A DNA stretch of 41,625 nt from an uncultured bacterium (GTDB lineage Bacteria; Hydrogenedentota; Hydrogenedentia; Hydrogenedentales; JAEUWI01): positions 1-41,625 of the forward strand of contig CAXBPH010000023.1 of assembly GCA_963977445.1 (NCBI GenBank). The letters run 5' to 3'. Positions 1 to 10,031 of this stretch are shown here, in pieces. How positions within the stretch are numbered: position 1 is the stretch's first letter; the number at the start of each line of letters is the position of its first letter. The position numbers were made by a program, and so were the translations under genes. Under the pieces are notes generated by a model. It was given only the letters and a program-made list of their open reading frames with translations, did not search any database and was not told the DNA's origin.

Positions 1-17
1 ACAACGTCTTGTGAATT

Positions 18-202
18 GCCTTGTTGAAAGCTGCCGCCCTTTTTGGAAGACCCCGCAGGCGGGAATCCAGAGGGTATCATCGGTTTCTGTAATCGCGTTA
101 CTGGATCTCCGCGTTTCCACCACGGCGGATCTACGACGCGGAGATGACGGCAACGTGCTTTCATTTTGTGCGGTAGACGGCGTTGAGTATATCAACAGCC
201 CC
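18..202. repeat. Composite REP/MITE-like palindromic element
   Basis: CCCCGCAGGCGGGAATCCAG (51-70) and CTGGATCTCCGCGT...ACGCGGAGATGAC (101-148; 10-bp inverted repeat 105-114/136-145) resemble GTCAT..CGCG..GGGAATCCAG-type REPs; imperfect inverted ends TTGTTGAAA (21-29) and ATCAACAGCCCC (191-202). Single copy in window. Confidence 0.5.
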
Positions 203-226
203 GTTACCGGTGAAGTCTAAGGAAAC

Positions 227-263
227 AAAAATCGCCTCCCGAAGTCTTTTCGGGAGGCGATTT
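227..263 (-). terminator. Rho-independent terminator of the DUF1559 gene
   Basis: 15-bp perfect stem AAATCGCCTCCCGAA (229-243)/TTCGGGAGGCGATTT (249-263), 5-nt loop, T-rich tail on minus strand, about 37 nt after the stop at 300. Confidence 0.85.
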
Positions 264-299
264 CACTATGGTATTTCGATTGGACGTCGGTAGTGCGGG

Positions 300-1292
300 T
301 TATGCGCCAGCGGTGGTCAGTTTGGCCCAGGCCGTGCTGGTTGGGAACTGGTCCTCTTCACCGCCTGCACCAATGGGGCTTGCCGCTGTGACCCCATTGG
401 GGCTGTATTTCTGGAACTCTACGTGACCATCCATAAAGAGCACGTTGGAGCCGCCGGGTACGTGATTGAAGATGCTCACCGATTCACCGACGACATCCCA
501 CGCAATCGCAAGGGACGACTGGCCTACGGCAGAGGCCGCCGCGTTGTTGATGTCCGTGATGAAGAAGCGCTCAATGCCTTCGCGTAGACGGAGGAGGGAA
601 ACTTGTTCGCCGGGGGCATAGACACTGTTTCCCGGGTGATTGAATTTCTGGTCCTTGTTGAGGGCATTCTTGACTTCCTGGAGGGCGACCAAATCGCCAC
701 CGGAATAGGCGGTGAGGTAGGGAGAGATATTGACGGTGATGAAGAACCCGAAAATACCACCCGTACCACCATCGGTGAAGGGGGAGATTACGGCATTATC
801 TTTAATGGCGTAGCCCAGATAGATGTAGGAGCGGTCGGAGGTTGTATTGGAGGGGGCAACGGGGCCACCGAAGGCCGCAGGAATGCCGGGGGTATAGAGG
901 CCCGTGGACCAATCGCCATCCATCAGTTCGGGGGAAATATTGCCAAATGGGTCCAACCATTCGCCATTGGTGCCGATGAATTTGTCGGGGTCGCCTTCAG
1001 AATCGGAGGGGCAAAAGATGACATTGAGATCGGTCAGATATTCGGGGTAGGTTTCTTCCATGGAGAAGAAGAAATTGCCGAAGTCTACAGATTTCGGGGG
1101 GAGTTGTTCGCCGGGTGATTCATTCGCGTACATTTTACAAACAATACCCATTTGCTTCAGATTGTTCTGGCAGGAGGCACGTCGTGCTGCCTCTCTGGCA
1201 CGGGCCAATGCGGGGAGCAAAATGGCCGCCAGGATGCCTATGATCGCGATGACCACCAGCAGTTCTATGAGGGTGAAACCTTTAGTTTTCAT
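300..1292 (-). CDS. Prepilin-type N-terminal cleavage/methylation domain protein, DUF1559 family, C-terminal H-X9-DG-like motif
   Basis: [49 protein letters not shown]-terminal [19 protein letters not shown]. Confidence 0.95.
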   Translation of the reverse strand: MKTKGFTLIELLVVIAIIGILAAILLPALARAREAARRASCQNNLKQMGIVCKMYANESPGEQLPPKSVDFGNFFFSMEETYPEYLTDLNVIFCPSDSEGDPDKFIGTNGEWLDPFGNISPELMDGDWSTGLYTPGIPAAFGGPVAPSNTTSDRSYIYLGYAIKDNAVISPFTDGGTGGIFGFFITVNISPYLTAYSGGDLVALQEVKNALNKDQKFNHPGNSVYAPGEQVSLLRLREGIERFFITDINNAAASAVGQSSLAIAWDVVGESVSIFNHVPGGSNVLFMDGHVEFQKYSPNGVTAASPIGAGGEEDQFPTSTAWAKLTTAGA

Positions 1293-1378
1293 GCAAATAC
1301 ACCTTTCAAGTTAGGATGCCGTGTACAAAGCCGTGGGCACTGACCCTATCGGTGCTCCACATAGCGATATGATAATTC

Positions 1379-1407
1379 AGAATATAGGAGGGTAGTCGAT
1401 CTGTCAA
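1379..1407 (-). promoter_or_regulatory. Sigma70-type promoter for the DUF1559 gene
   Basis: Minus strand TTGACA (1407-1402), 17 nt, TATTCT (1384-1379), about 85 nt upstream of the ATG at 1292. Confidence 0.7.
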
Positions 1408-1560
1408 TGAAAAACATACCTACCGTTCATTAGAAAATGGGTAGGCATGGGATTAGCCAGCAGGCCACCTTGCCGTGATTTATGGTACATTTGCACAATT
1501 AAGACGCAGATGCCGTGAATTTAATCGATTACGGGCCCGCCCGGAGGGAGAGTTTCAGCT

Positions 1561-2415
1561 ATGGAAGAAGAGGCCATCCTCCTGCTTCATTGTCCCGATG
1601 TAAAGGGAATAGTCTATGAGGTGTCCCGTTTCCTGTTTGAACGGGGCGGCAATATCATTGACGCCCAGCAACATCGGGAAGAAATAGGCAACCGATTCTT
1701 TATGCGGGTCCATTTCGATACGTCCGATATGGAACACCCGGAGGAACGTCTCTATGACGATCTGCAGGGGCTGACGGAACGATTTGAAATGTCCTTTCGC
1801 CTCCAGTTTTCCAGCGACCGTCCCAAAGTGGCTATCATGGTTTCGCGCTATGACCATTGTCTTTACGATTTGCTCTTGCGCCATGACTATGGAGAGCTGA
1901 ACGCCGAAATTGGCGTTGTCATCAGCAACCACCCCGACCTGGAAGGCGTCGCCAAACACTTTTCTATCGATTTTGCCCACATCCCCGTAGGGGCGGGACA
2001 AAAGGATAAGGCCGAAACAGAAACGCTCGCGCTGCTCCACGCGCTAAACATCGATCTGGTGGTGCTGGCGCGCTACATGCAAGTGTTGTCGCCGATCCTC
2101 GTGGAACCCTACGAACACCGAATTATCAATGTTCACCATGGTTCCCTGCCTGCTTTTCAGGGGGCCCGGCCCTACCACCAGGCCTATGAAAAAGGCGTGA
2201 AACTTATTGGGGCAACCAGCCACTACGTGACGACCGAGTTGGATAGGGGGCCCATCATCGAGCAGCAGAGCGTACGGGTCAACCACAGTCACAGCGTTCA
2301 CGACCTCATCACCATGGGGCGGGATGTGGAGAAACAGGTGCTCGCTACTGCCGTTAAAGCGCACCTGGATGCTAAGATAATGGTCTATCGTGATCGGACG
2401 ATTGTATTCGATTGA
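1561..2415 (+). CDS. purU: Formyltetrahydrofolate deformylase
   Basis: ACT-like N-terminus (CPDVKGIV, GGNIIDAQQ, FFMRV), SRYDHCL, VISNH, LARYMQVLS, INVHHGSLPAFQGARPYHQA, GVKLIGATSHYVTTELDRGPIIEQ. Confidence 0.96.
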   Translation: MEEEAILLLHCPDVKGIVYEVSRFLFERGGNIIDAQQHREEIGNRFFMRVHFDTSDMEHPEERLYDDLQGLTERFEMSFRLQFSSDRPKVAIMVSRYDHCLYDLLLRHDYGELNAEIGVVISNHPDLEGVAKHFSIDFAHIPVGAGQKDKAETETLALLHALNIDLVVLARYMQVLSPILVEPYEHRIINVHHGSLPAFQGARPYHQAYEKGVKLIGATSHYVTTELDRGPIIEQQSVRVNHSHSVHDLITMGRDVEKQVLATAVKAHLDAKIMVYRDRTIVFD

Positions 2416-2478
2416 GTTGAGGCCTCAGGGCTTCGCGGATAACTTCCGTCCATCGTGTAACCCGTGGAGAAGACACGA

Positions 2479-3309
2479 ATGTATCCTACAACTACTTTGA
2501 TGACGTTGCGCCTGCCCCTCACGCTGTGCGGTCTGTTAATTCTACTGAGCTCCTGCACGACCGTGCCCTTGACCAATCGCACCCAGATAAACCTCCTCCC
2601 CGAGTCCCAGATGGTGCAATTGGGGCAGCAGGCCTACCAGGAGCAGCTGAGTGAACATCCGGTAAGTTCCGCACCCGGTGATGTGGAACCGGTTCGTCGC
2701 GTGGGAGAGCGTCTGGCTGCGGCCACCATGGATTTTCTGAAAAATAATGGATTACCTACCGATGTCTATGCGTGGGAATTCAGTGTGATCGACAACGATG
2801 AGATCGTCAACGCGACCTGCCTTCCCGGCGGGAAGATTGTTTTCTACAGCGGTATATTCCAATACACCCAGGACGACGACGGGATTGCAACGGTCATGGG
2901 TCATGAAATTGCCCACGCGATTGCCCGCCACAGTAACGAGCGGGTGAGTGAGAGCCTCCTCTTACAGTTGGGAGCAAGCACCCTTACTCAGGCGATGAAG
3001 ACGTCTCCCCAACAGACCCGGGAGCTGACCAATCAGGCCTTTGGCCTGGTGAGCAACTTTGGTGTGGCGATGCCCTTTAATCGCGCCCGAGAATCCGAAG
3101 CGGACCGCATCGGACTCACCCTCATGGCCAAGGCCGGGTATGACCCGAGAACGGCCATTCCCTTCTGGGAGCGATTCAGCACGGCGGGGAAGCAGACGCC
3201 CGAGTTTCTTTCTACCCACCCCTCTGGTGCCACCCGCATCGCCGACATTAAGGCCCACATGCCCGAGGCGATGGCGAACTACACCGGTGGATTCCGCGTA
3301 GGGAAATAG
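2479..3309 (+). CDS. M48 family zinc metallopeptidase, lipoprotein
   Basis: Lipobox LLSSC; NATCLPGGKI, HEIAH (HExxH), ESEADRIG, FLSTHP. ATG 2479 preferred (GGAG at 2466-2469). Confidence 0.92.
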   Translation: MYPTTTLMTLRLPLTLCGLLILLSSCTTVPLTNRTQINLLPESQMVQLGQQAYQEQLSEHPVSSAPGDVEPVRRVGERLAAATMDFLKNNGLPTDVYAWEFSVIDNDEIVNATCLPGGKIVFYSGIFQYTQDDDGIATVMGHEIAHAIARHSNERVSESLLLQLGASTLTQAMKTSPQQTRELTNQAFGLVSNFGVAMPFNRARESEADRIGLTLMAKAGYDPRTAIPFWERFSTAGKQTPEFLSTHPSGATRIADIKAHMPEAMANYTGGFRVGK

Positions 3310-3406
3310 TGGATGCCCCGGAGCCCACGCCAAAAGGTGCCCAAGGATAGGGGGCATCCTTTGACGTGCGTCGCCTGGCGAGGATAATCGATACGGGTAG
3401 TGGGGG

Positions 3407-5665
3407 CTACCGATAATCTTCCATTTTTGGTGCGCTGCCTTCGATGACCCGGGGCTCATAACCCGGTGCGTAGGAATTCTCCAGGTGTTCCTGGAGTGCT
3501 GCGTCTTCGAACCAGACTGGCTTGGTCTCGCGATTCACAAAGAGCGGGACCTGGTCGGCATAGTGGGGGGAGTCGGGCCGGGTGCTGGCGCTGCCAAACT
3601 GGTGAATGCTCCGGGAATGGACGGTGCCATCGGCATCCCAGGTGGCCATGAGCACATAGCAGTCACCGGCCTGCCCTTCGAGGAACTTCCCATTCCACGC
3701 ACCATAAACGGCATGGAGTACGTCGGGGCCACCGCTGAGTGCCACATTCACCTCGCCACGGACGAGGCGGTTGACGTCGCCCCAGGGCACATCGAGGCGT
3801 CCAAAGGACGATTCGAGCTGTTTGGCCGTCTGGAGCAGATATTCCATGACGGGCGCGCCGGGCTTGCCCTTGATTCGGGGGCCAGCGGTTTCTTTCAGGA
3901 ACATGCAGGCCAAGGCCGCGCTGGTATTTTCCACATTGCAGCGATAGTCCCATTTTTTCAAGAGGGCGACGGCTTCCTGCAACAGGGGATCGGTGGGTTC
4001 GGGGGCGTTGAAGACTTCTTCCAGTACTTCGGTGACCTTTGAGTCTTTCGGGTAGGCGATGTCGAACTTGTAGGCAAAGAACTCGTCTTCGGTGATGGTG
4101 TCGTCGGCGCTGAGCAGTTCGAGCAGGCGTATCTGCCGGTTGGTGATGTCGTCGAAGGGCTCGATGCCATCCGACGGGCTGTAATCCTCCGCCCTGGGGT
4201 TTTCCGGGCCTGCCGTCGTGCGGTAAGGCGTGCCATTGGCGTTGGCGATGAATCCAGAGGCCGGATTGACGACGGTGGGTAGCTGGTCGAAGGGCAGGTA
4301 GGAATCCCAGAGGGTTTCCGAAATGTCACCGGGCAGATACTGCTCGTAGTCGTATCCCGGTGTCCGCAGGGGCAGGAGGGCGTTGTAGCGGTACATAATG
4401 TTGCCTTCTTTGTCCGCATAGCCTACATTAAAGGACGGCACCGCCTGCATGGCCATGGCGTCGTCAAATTCGGCGAGGTTTTTGGATTTGCCCATGCGAA
4501 ACCACTGCTCGACCTGGCGGATGTCGCCATAGCCCGCGTAGCGAATGGCATAGACGCCATGGGGACGGCGGATCACGGGGCCGTGCACGGAATAGAGTCC
4601 CTCCTGGTTGGCTTTCCATTTAAAGCCATCGAAGAGGTTGACCACGATGGGAATGGTGGCTTTCTCCAGGGTTTTCCACTCGCCGTCATATTTGTATTCA
4701 TCAGGATTGTCGGGGTTCATTTCCAGCACATAAACATCGACCAGATCGGGGCTGTTCACCGTGTGGGCCCAGCCAAGATCGCGATTGTGCCCGTGGAGAA
4801 TCAAGGGAGTACCCGGAAATACGCCTCCCACAATGTCCCAGCCTTCTTCGCTTTTTAACCGTGCTTCATACCACGCCACGGCACCGGTCCAGGGTTGGTG
4901 GGAGTTGATGGCCAGGTGGGTCTTTCCGTCGGGGGTGCGACTGGGGGCGATGGCAAAGGTATTGGAGCCCGTGGGCAGGTCGTTGGTCAGCAGATTGTGA
5001 AATGCGGTCTTGGCCCCTTTTTGGGATACTTCCCGCTTTCGTTCGCCTTCATAAAGTCGGGACACCTCATTGTCCAGGCCGAAGAAGAAGGGGGTCTTCA
5101 AGACAAAGCCCGTAACGATATCCTGACCGGTGGCCGGCAGAATGCCTGGGATGACTTCTTCCGGGTGGAGGGCGGCGTAGTGGTTGTAGCCGTCGGCATA
5201 GGCCTCACAAAGGGCACGCACTTCGGGGCTGAGATCGGTCTCATATTTTTCGGCGACGATTTCCTGGAAGCGAAACAGCTTTACCAGATAGTCGAAGGGG
5301 GCTGCGCCCGCGCCTTCCAGCTCGGCCAGACGTCCCCGGGTGAGATAGAGGGCCTCCTGGATGGTGGAAAAATCATCTTCGGCGTGGGCATAGGCCAGGC
5401 CATAGGCGGCGGCGGCATCGGTCTTGCCATAGATATAGGGCACGCCATAGGTATCCCGATTGATGGTCACCTCATATTTCCCGGTGGGGGGTATAAGGCT
5501 GTTGGCCGTCGGCATAAAGGTGATGTAGGGGATCTGGGTGCCGATAATGGAGATGAAGGTGATGGACAACAACCCGAGGATTATGTGTCCCCATCGAAAC
5601 TTCGTGGTCGGTGCTTCGGGAGCGGGGGTGGGATAGAGGATTTCTACAGGCTTGTCTTCACTCAT
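3407..5665 (-). CDS. Penicillin acylase family (Ntn-hydrolase) amidase with N-terminal membrane anchor
   Basis: RDTYGVPYIYG, YGLAYAHAED, GSNTFAIAP (Ser nucleophile), LAINSHQPW, SPHYADQ. Start MSEDKP (5665) overlaps the upstream gene's stop. Confidence 0.92.
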   Translation of the reverse strand: MSEDKPVEILYPTPAPEAPTTKFRWGHIILGLLSITFISIIGTQIPYITFMPTANSLIPPTGKYEVTINRDTYGVPYIYGKTDAAAAYGLAYAHAEDDFSTIQEALYLTRGRLAELEGAGAAPFDYLVKLFRFQEIVAEKYETDLSPEVRALCEAYADGYNHYAALHPEEVIPGILPATGQDIVTGFVLKTPFFFGLDNEVSRLYEGERKREVSQKGAKTAFHNLLTNDLPTGSNTFAIAPSRTPDGKTHLAINSHQPWTGAVAWYEARLKSEEGWDIVGGVFPGTPLILHGHNRDLGWAHTVNSPDLVDVYVLEMNPDNPDEYKYDGEWKTLEKATIPIVVNLFDGFKWKANQEGLYSVHGPVIRRPHGVYAIRYAGYGDIRQVEQWFRMGKSKNLAEFDDAMAMQAVPSFNVGYADKEGNIMYRYNALLPLRTPGYDYEQYLPGDISETLWDSYLPFDQLPTVVNPASGFIANANGTPYRTTAGPENPRAEDYSPSDGIEPFDDITNRQIRLLELLSADDTITEDEFFAYKFDIAYPKDSKVTEVLEEVFNAPEPTDPLLQEAVALLKKWDYRCNVENTSAALACMFLKETAGPRIKGKPGAPVMEYLLQTAKQLESSFGRLDVPWGDVNRLVRGEVNVALSGGPDVLHAVYGAWNGKFLEGQAGDCYVLMATWDADGTVHSRSIHQFGSASTRPDSPHYADQVPLFVNRETKPVWFEDAALQEHLENSYAPGYEPRVIEGSAPKMEDYR

Positions 5666-6866
5666 GAATGGATTCCAGGTAGGTTCGAATGGCGGCGACC
5701 AGGGTCGCGCCATAGGCTCGTGCGGTTTCCGTCGTTATGGTGACGTCACCGGCGTTGGCATAGGGAATTTCGATAGCGCCCGCATTACGGGTGCCCGGTA
5801 GTGCGCCGGCCCATTGGAAGATACCTGCCCCGGCGTTGTAATTCTTCGCCGTATTCCAGCTTTCCCCGAAGGGCATGTCGTTGGAGGCCGCATAGGGCAG
5901 GGAGGCGTTTGGGACGGCTTCCAGTATTCTCGCAAATCGCTGCTGCTCTCTCCAAATTTCGGGACGCTCGTGGCCTACGAGGTAGATATGCTCGTTACCG
6001 CTTCCACGGATGTGGGGACAGTGTATATCCAGTGTAAAATGGAGTTTTCCATCGGCCCATGAGGGAACGGTCTCCCGAATGGCCCGGGTACTGGCGTAGA
6101 TACTCTCGTCTTTGTAGTCACGGCCATGATCCCGGGGGATGCGGTTTTTCCCCTGCTCGCCCCCTTCGACGCCGTCCAGGTCGACTATGGGAATGGCCAT
6201 GACTTCCACGTTGGCACGAAACCATGCACCATCCTCCGCGTCCCCCAGAAGGGCGGCAAACATGCCCTCGAGCACGTAGCTGGCCATCGACTCGCAGGCG
6301 TGGTGGCGGGCCGTGAGGAGGACACGGTGTTTTGGTGACCCCGCCTGGGATGCGATCCGTACCCGGGGGACTGGGCGGTTGGCTTCACTTTGGCACAAGG
6401 TGTCCACGGTCAACGCTGGATGACCCGACACGGTTTCGAGGAAACGCTCCAAGTCACTCACTTGATAGGGCGGGGCAAAGGCAAAGCGGACCGGGCCGCC
6501 GGTTTCTCCGAAGGTGTAGCGGAAGGCGGTCCTACTATTTTCCGCGTCAACCGTGTCCGTACCCAGCCAGTTCCACGTCTTGCCCTGATCCAGACTGACA
6601 GCGGGGCCCCGGGTCCCGATGACGTTGCCGTCAGTAAACGAGAAGGGGACCATCTCGCCCGGTGCCGCTGTGGCCTCGAAGTTCCAGTAAAACCACCACC
6701 GCGAACTGGTGTGGTAGTCCTGACGGAGTTCTACGGCTCCTGGGCTGTGTTTTTCCACCACAATATTGCCACCGGGATAGTCGCTTTGAAGTGTGAGTTC
6801 TGCTGCGACGGGTGTGCCAAGTGTGGTGGCACAAAGGCCAAGAAGAAGTATGCAAGCGTATTTCAT
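5658..6866 (-). CDS. Secreted M14-family zinc carboxypeptidase-like protein
   Basis: Signal peptide; WWFYWNF; ARHHACE (HxxE); DLDGV..G..GKNR; LDIHCP. Confidence 0.8.
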   Translation of the reverse strand: MKYACILLLGLCATTLGTPVAAELTLQSDYPGGNIVVEKHSPGAVELRQDYHTSSRWWFYWNFEATAAPGEMVPFSFTDGNVIGTRGPAVSLDQGKTWNWLGTDTVDAENSRTAFRYTFGETGGPVRFAFAPPYQVSDLERFLETVSGHPALTVDTLCQSEANRPVPRVRIASQAGSPKHRVLLTARHHACESMASYVLEGMFAALLGDAEDGAWFRANVEVMAIPIVDLDGVEGGEQGKNRIPRDHGRDYKDESIYASTRAIRETVPSWADGKLHFTLDIHCPHIRGSGNEHIYLVGHERPEIWREQQRFARILEAVPNASLPYAASNDMPFGESWNTAKNYNAGAGIFQWAGALPGTRNAGAIEIPYANAGDVTITTETARAYGATLVAAIRTYLESIHE

Positions 6867-6903
6867 GGATTTACCTGAGGTTGAACGGCACGCCGTAGTG
6901 TGT

Positions 6904-8409
6904 TTATTTTCCGTCGATGGCCCGTTTCAACAAGTTGTGGGTAATCTGCTGCACCCGAGGATCGGGACCATGGGGACGGCTCCAGTGCGACCAGGGGAGG
7001 GTATGTCCCGGCGGGGAACTGAGGCCCTGGGCCCAGAAGATGGTGGCCGCATTGAAAACGAAGTTGTCTTTCGGACCGGGGTAGATGGTGGCGGTCCACT
7101 GCTGGGGCGTGTCGCCACCCACGAAGGCCGTGCCGGCAGCAACGACGTCCAGTCCGGGAATGTCGGCGGGCATGCCGTGGTATTCCCAGCCGATAAGGCC
7201 GGGGATACGGTCACCTTTTTTTACGTCCGTGTCTGCAAAGATCCAGTGCTCGGGCTGCTGAATGATCCAGTCCCCACCGCCGTTGACGGGTTCCACATTG
7301 CGCGCGCCCATCAAGAGGCCTTCATCGGGGCCATGCTCCGGGAAGGGACCGTGGTCCTTGATGCGATTGAGGGCGTAGTCGTTCTCGGCACCATAGGGAC
7401 CACCACGAAAGATGATGCGGTTGTCCCGGCCATCGCTGCTGGGTTGGAAAGGGGTAACCCAACAAACGGAGTTGCCGGAAAGAAACAGGAGGTCCACGCC
7501 TTCATCGCGCATCTTGGTCACACTGTTGAACTGGCGGATGTCCCAGTATTCGTCGTGGCCGATACTGACGAAGGATTTGCACTTCAGGCCCCGGTCAGGT
7601 GTCAGCATGTCACTGTTGGAGCAGTAGGTCACGTCGTAGCCGTGTTTCTCCAGCCAATAGGCCATGGGGAACTCGAAGGGAAGGAATTCGCCCGAGCCAA
7701 CGGTGAGGGGATCATTTACCACACCGTTGAACTGACCTTCCCGTGCATAGGGCCGGTCAAAGCTTACATCCGCCCAGGGCCCTTGGTTACCTTTGGGGTG
7801 AGTATAAATCGAGTAGTTGTTGGGCCATCTGTTATAGGCCTGCCACGTATTGTCGGAACACTGAAAGAGCACGTCCGCCGGTCGGTCATCGGTGACGATA
7901 AAGACGACGTAGCTCTGCCAGTAGGGGAGGTCATCGCTGCCCGGCAGGGTGCTGAGGCGACCGAGGTAGACGCCGCTCACCCAATCCTCGGGAATCGTGA
8001 GCTGAGTAGCCGTCTCCCACTGACACTCGTGGAGGTTTTTCTCTCCGGGCGTGGGCGTGGGCTGCTCGGCACCCTGGAGGGGGCCAATCGTCTTCATGAG
8101 ACGGGCACCCCGTCCATCGTAGTAGCCCATGCGGAAAACTTCGATTTGATAGGACTGGGCGGGACTGGTGGACACCTTGATGTCGATCGTTTCTCCTGCC
8201 GAGACGCTTTGTCGGGAGCAGTAGCCTTCAATCCAGGGGGAGCGATAGGCTCCGCCGTCGACCCGCACGCGGGTGAGTTGCCAGTCGAGGGCACCGGGTA
8301 GGGCATTCTCGGCCACAATCGGGTTGGCGGCTGCGATAGCCTGATCGCCTACGGCCGTGAGCAGGAGGGCGATACACAAAAAACGGAGTTTTCGAGTGAT
8401 GGGAATCAT
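6904..8409 (-). CDS. Secreted N,N-dimethylformamidase beta-subunit-like (DUF6605-type) protein
   Basis: Signal peptide; NPIVAENALPG, RMGYYDGRGARL, DWVSGVYL, TWQAYN, VSFDRPY, GHDEYW, FLSGN. Confidence 0.8.
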   Translation of the reverse strand: MIPITRKLRFLCIALLLTAVGDQAIAAANPIVAENALPGALDWQLTRVRVDGGAYRSPWIEGYCSRQSVSAGETIDIKVSTSPAQSYQIEVFRMGYYDGRGARLMKTIGPLQGAEQPTPTPGEKNLHECQWETATQLTIPEDWVSGVYLGRLSTLPGSDDLPYWQSYVVFIVTDDRPADVLFQCSDNTWQAYNRWPNNYSIYTHPKGNQGPWADVSFDRPYAREGQFNGVVNDPLTVGSGEFLPFEFPMAYWLEKHGYDVTYCSNSDMLTPDRGLKCKSFVSIGHDEYWDIRQFNSVTKMRDEGVDLLFLSGNSVCWVTPFQPSSDGRDNRIIFRGGPYGAENDYALNRIKDHGPFPEHGPDEGLLMGARNVEPVNGGGDWIIQQPEHWIFADTDVKKGDRIPGLIGWEYHGMPADIPGLDVVAAGTAFVGGDTPQQWTATIYPGPKDNFVFNAATIFWAQGLSSPPGHTLPWSHWSRPHGPDPRVQQITHNLLKRAIDGK

Positions 8410-8591
8410 AGTCGGGTCTCTTTTGTGGTAAAGGAAGAACTAAGTGTTCTCAGGACCTTAGCGCGTGAATCCTTTAAAATGCAATGGTACACCGTTGGAA
8501 TTCATCGTGTCCGCACGGTAAAATACGCCCGTACCACCGCCCAGCAAGGTGGTCCCGTCTATTTCTCCTCCCCCGATTGGATGTCCACACC

Positions 8592-9800
8592 ATGACCACC
8601 CCATCTACCCTTGCGCGCTGTCCTCACTTTGGCGAGTGCGGTGGCTGCAAATCACAAGATATACCCTATGACCTGCAGGTCGCGGCGAAATCGGCCGCCC
8701 TGGGCGAGCTTTTTGCCGACTTCTGGACGGCACCCATCGAAGTGAACCCGTCACCGGTGTTGTGGAACTATCGCAACAAAATCGACCCCTCTTTTTCGCG
8801 GATGCGCTACCCCGAACCCCCGCCGGCTGATTTTATCCGGGAGACGGTGCTGGGCTACAAGAAAAAAGGACAATGGTTCTGGCCGCTGGATATTTCGGAG
8901 TGCCACATCGGTCCCGAAGGCGCGGGCGAGCTGCTGTGCGCCACCCGCCAGTGGTACCAGGAAAAAGATATTCGGGCGTGGGACGAGCGATCGAATGAGG
9001 GCATTCTGCGCTATTTGCTGGTGCGCGATGGCAAGCGTTCCGGTGAGAAAATGGTGGTGTTGATTACCCACGAAGGCGAATTGGACTGCGACCCCTTTGT
9101 GGAGTTGGCCCAATCGGTTTATGGGGCTACCAGTGTGTACCGTGGGTTTTATACGGAACGGAGTGATGTGGCGACGGCGGAGCGCCTGGAAGTGCTCGCG
9201 GGCGATGCCCATATTACCGAAACCCTCCAACTGGCCGACGGTGACGGACAACGGAATCTTTCCTTTCGTATTTCGCCCCTGAGCTTTTTTCAGACCAATC
9301 CTCTGGCGACGGAAAACCTCTACGGTGCGATTCGGGAGCATGTGCGGGCCCTTGCTCCACCGAGCCTCTATGATCTCTATGGTGGTGCCGGGGGTATTGC
9401 CTTCAGCTGCAGTGATCTCGTGGAAAAGGTCTGGTCCGTCGAGGAAGTGATTCCCGCCACGGAAGATGGCCGCTACAACGCGGAAGTGAACGGTATCGAC
9501 AATGTAGAATTTATCACGGCGAAGACCGAGACCTACCTGGTGAATCAGCGGCCTGGCGGATTGGCGCCCGGCGCGACGGTTATTCTGGATCCGCCCCGGT
9601 CGGCCCTGCACCCCAAGGCCCTGAAGCGTCTCATGGAGTTTCAGCCGGAAAACCTTATTTATGTATCCTGCAACCCGAAACTGCTGGCCCGGGAGTTGGC
9701 CGTTTTGTCTGAGGTGTATGATATCGCTTCGCTGGAGGCCTTTGACCTTTTTCCCCATACACCTCATGTGGAAGCGTTGGCGGTCTTGAAGAAGCGATAG
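8592..9800 (+). CDS. rlmD: 23S rRNA (uracil-C5)-methyltransferase, RlmD/TrmA family, no TRAM domain
   Basis: CPHFGECGGC Fe-S motif, YRNK, SFFQTN, DLYGGAG, DPPR, catalytic YVSCNP, DLFPHTPHVE. Target nucleotide not determinable. Confidence 0.8.
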   Translation: MTTPSTLARCPHFGECGGCKSQDIPYDLQVAAKSAALGELFADFWTAPIEVNPSPVLWNYRNKIDPSFSRMRYPEPPPADFIRETVLGYKKKGQWFWPLDISECHIGPEGAGELLCATRQWYQEKDIRAWDERSNEGILRYLLVRDGKRSGEKMVVLITHEGELDCDPFVELAQSVYGATSVYRGFYTERSDVATAERLEVLAGDAHITETLQLADGDGQRNLSFRISPLSFFQTNPLATENLYGAIREHVRALAPPSLYDLYGGAGGIAFSCSDLVEKVWSVEEVIPATEDGRYNAEVNGIDNVEFITAKTETYLVNQRPGGLAPGATVILDPPRSALHPKALKRLMEFQPENLIYVSCNPKLLARELAVLSEVYDIASLEAFDLFPHTPHVEALAVLKKR

Positions 9801-9852
9801 GCTGGTCGTATTTTTTCCATCACGATTGATTGTCAGCTTCCAGAACGGGAGC

Positions 9853-9943
9853 TTGGGAGCGCAGGCGGCTCGCCTGCATTACGTCGAAGACGTAAGAATA
9901 ACGTGCCTTCGGCCCGTGGCAGGCGGGCCGCCTGCGCTCCCAA
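9853..9943. repeat. Inverted REP doublet (GGAG-type)
   Basis: TTGGGAGCGCAGGCGGCTCGCCTGC (9853-9877) and inverted GCAGGCGGGCCGCCTGCGCTCCCAA (9919-9943), 24/25 match; each unit has an internal hairpin. Confidence 0.8.
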
Positions 9944-10031
9944 TGGTCAAAGACTCTTTTAGGAGATAGTGGCCAGGTCTGCGGGTGCGGGTCCGGCTTG
10001 AGAAACAAGGCAGACAAAGAACGAGGGCACC

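Noticed and set aside
11..220. 69-aa ORF
   Set aside because: Lies entirely over a palindromic repeat element; no recognisable protein features.
3311..3359. 9-bp inverted repeat GGATGCCCC/GGGGCATCC between convergent genes
   Set aside because: 31-nt loop and weak T tail; insufficient for a terminator call.
6793..8301. 502-aa plus-strand ORF
   Set aside because: Antisense shadow of the DMFase-like gene; no motifs; expected in GC-rich DNA.
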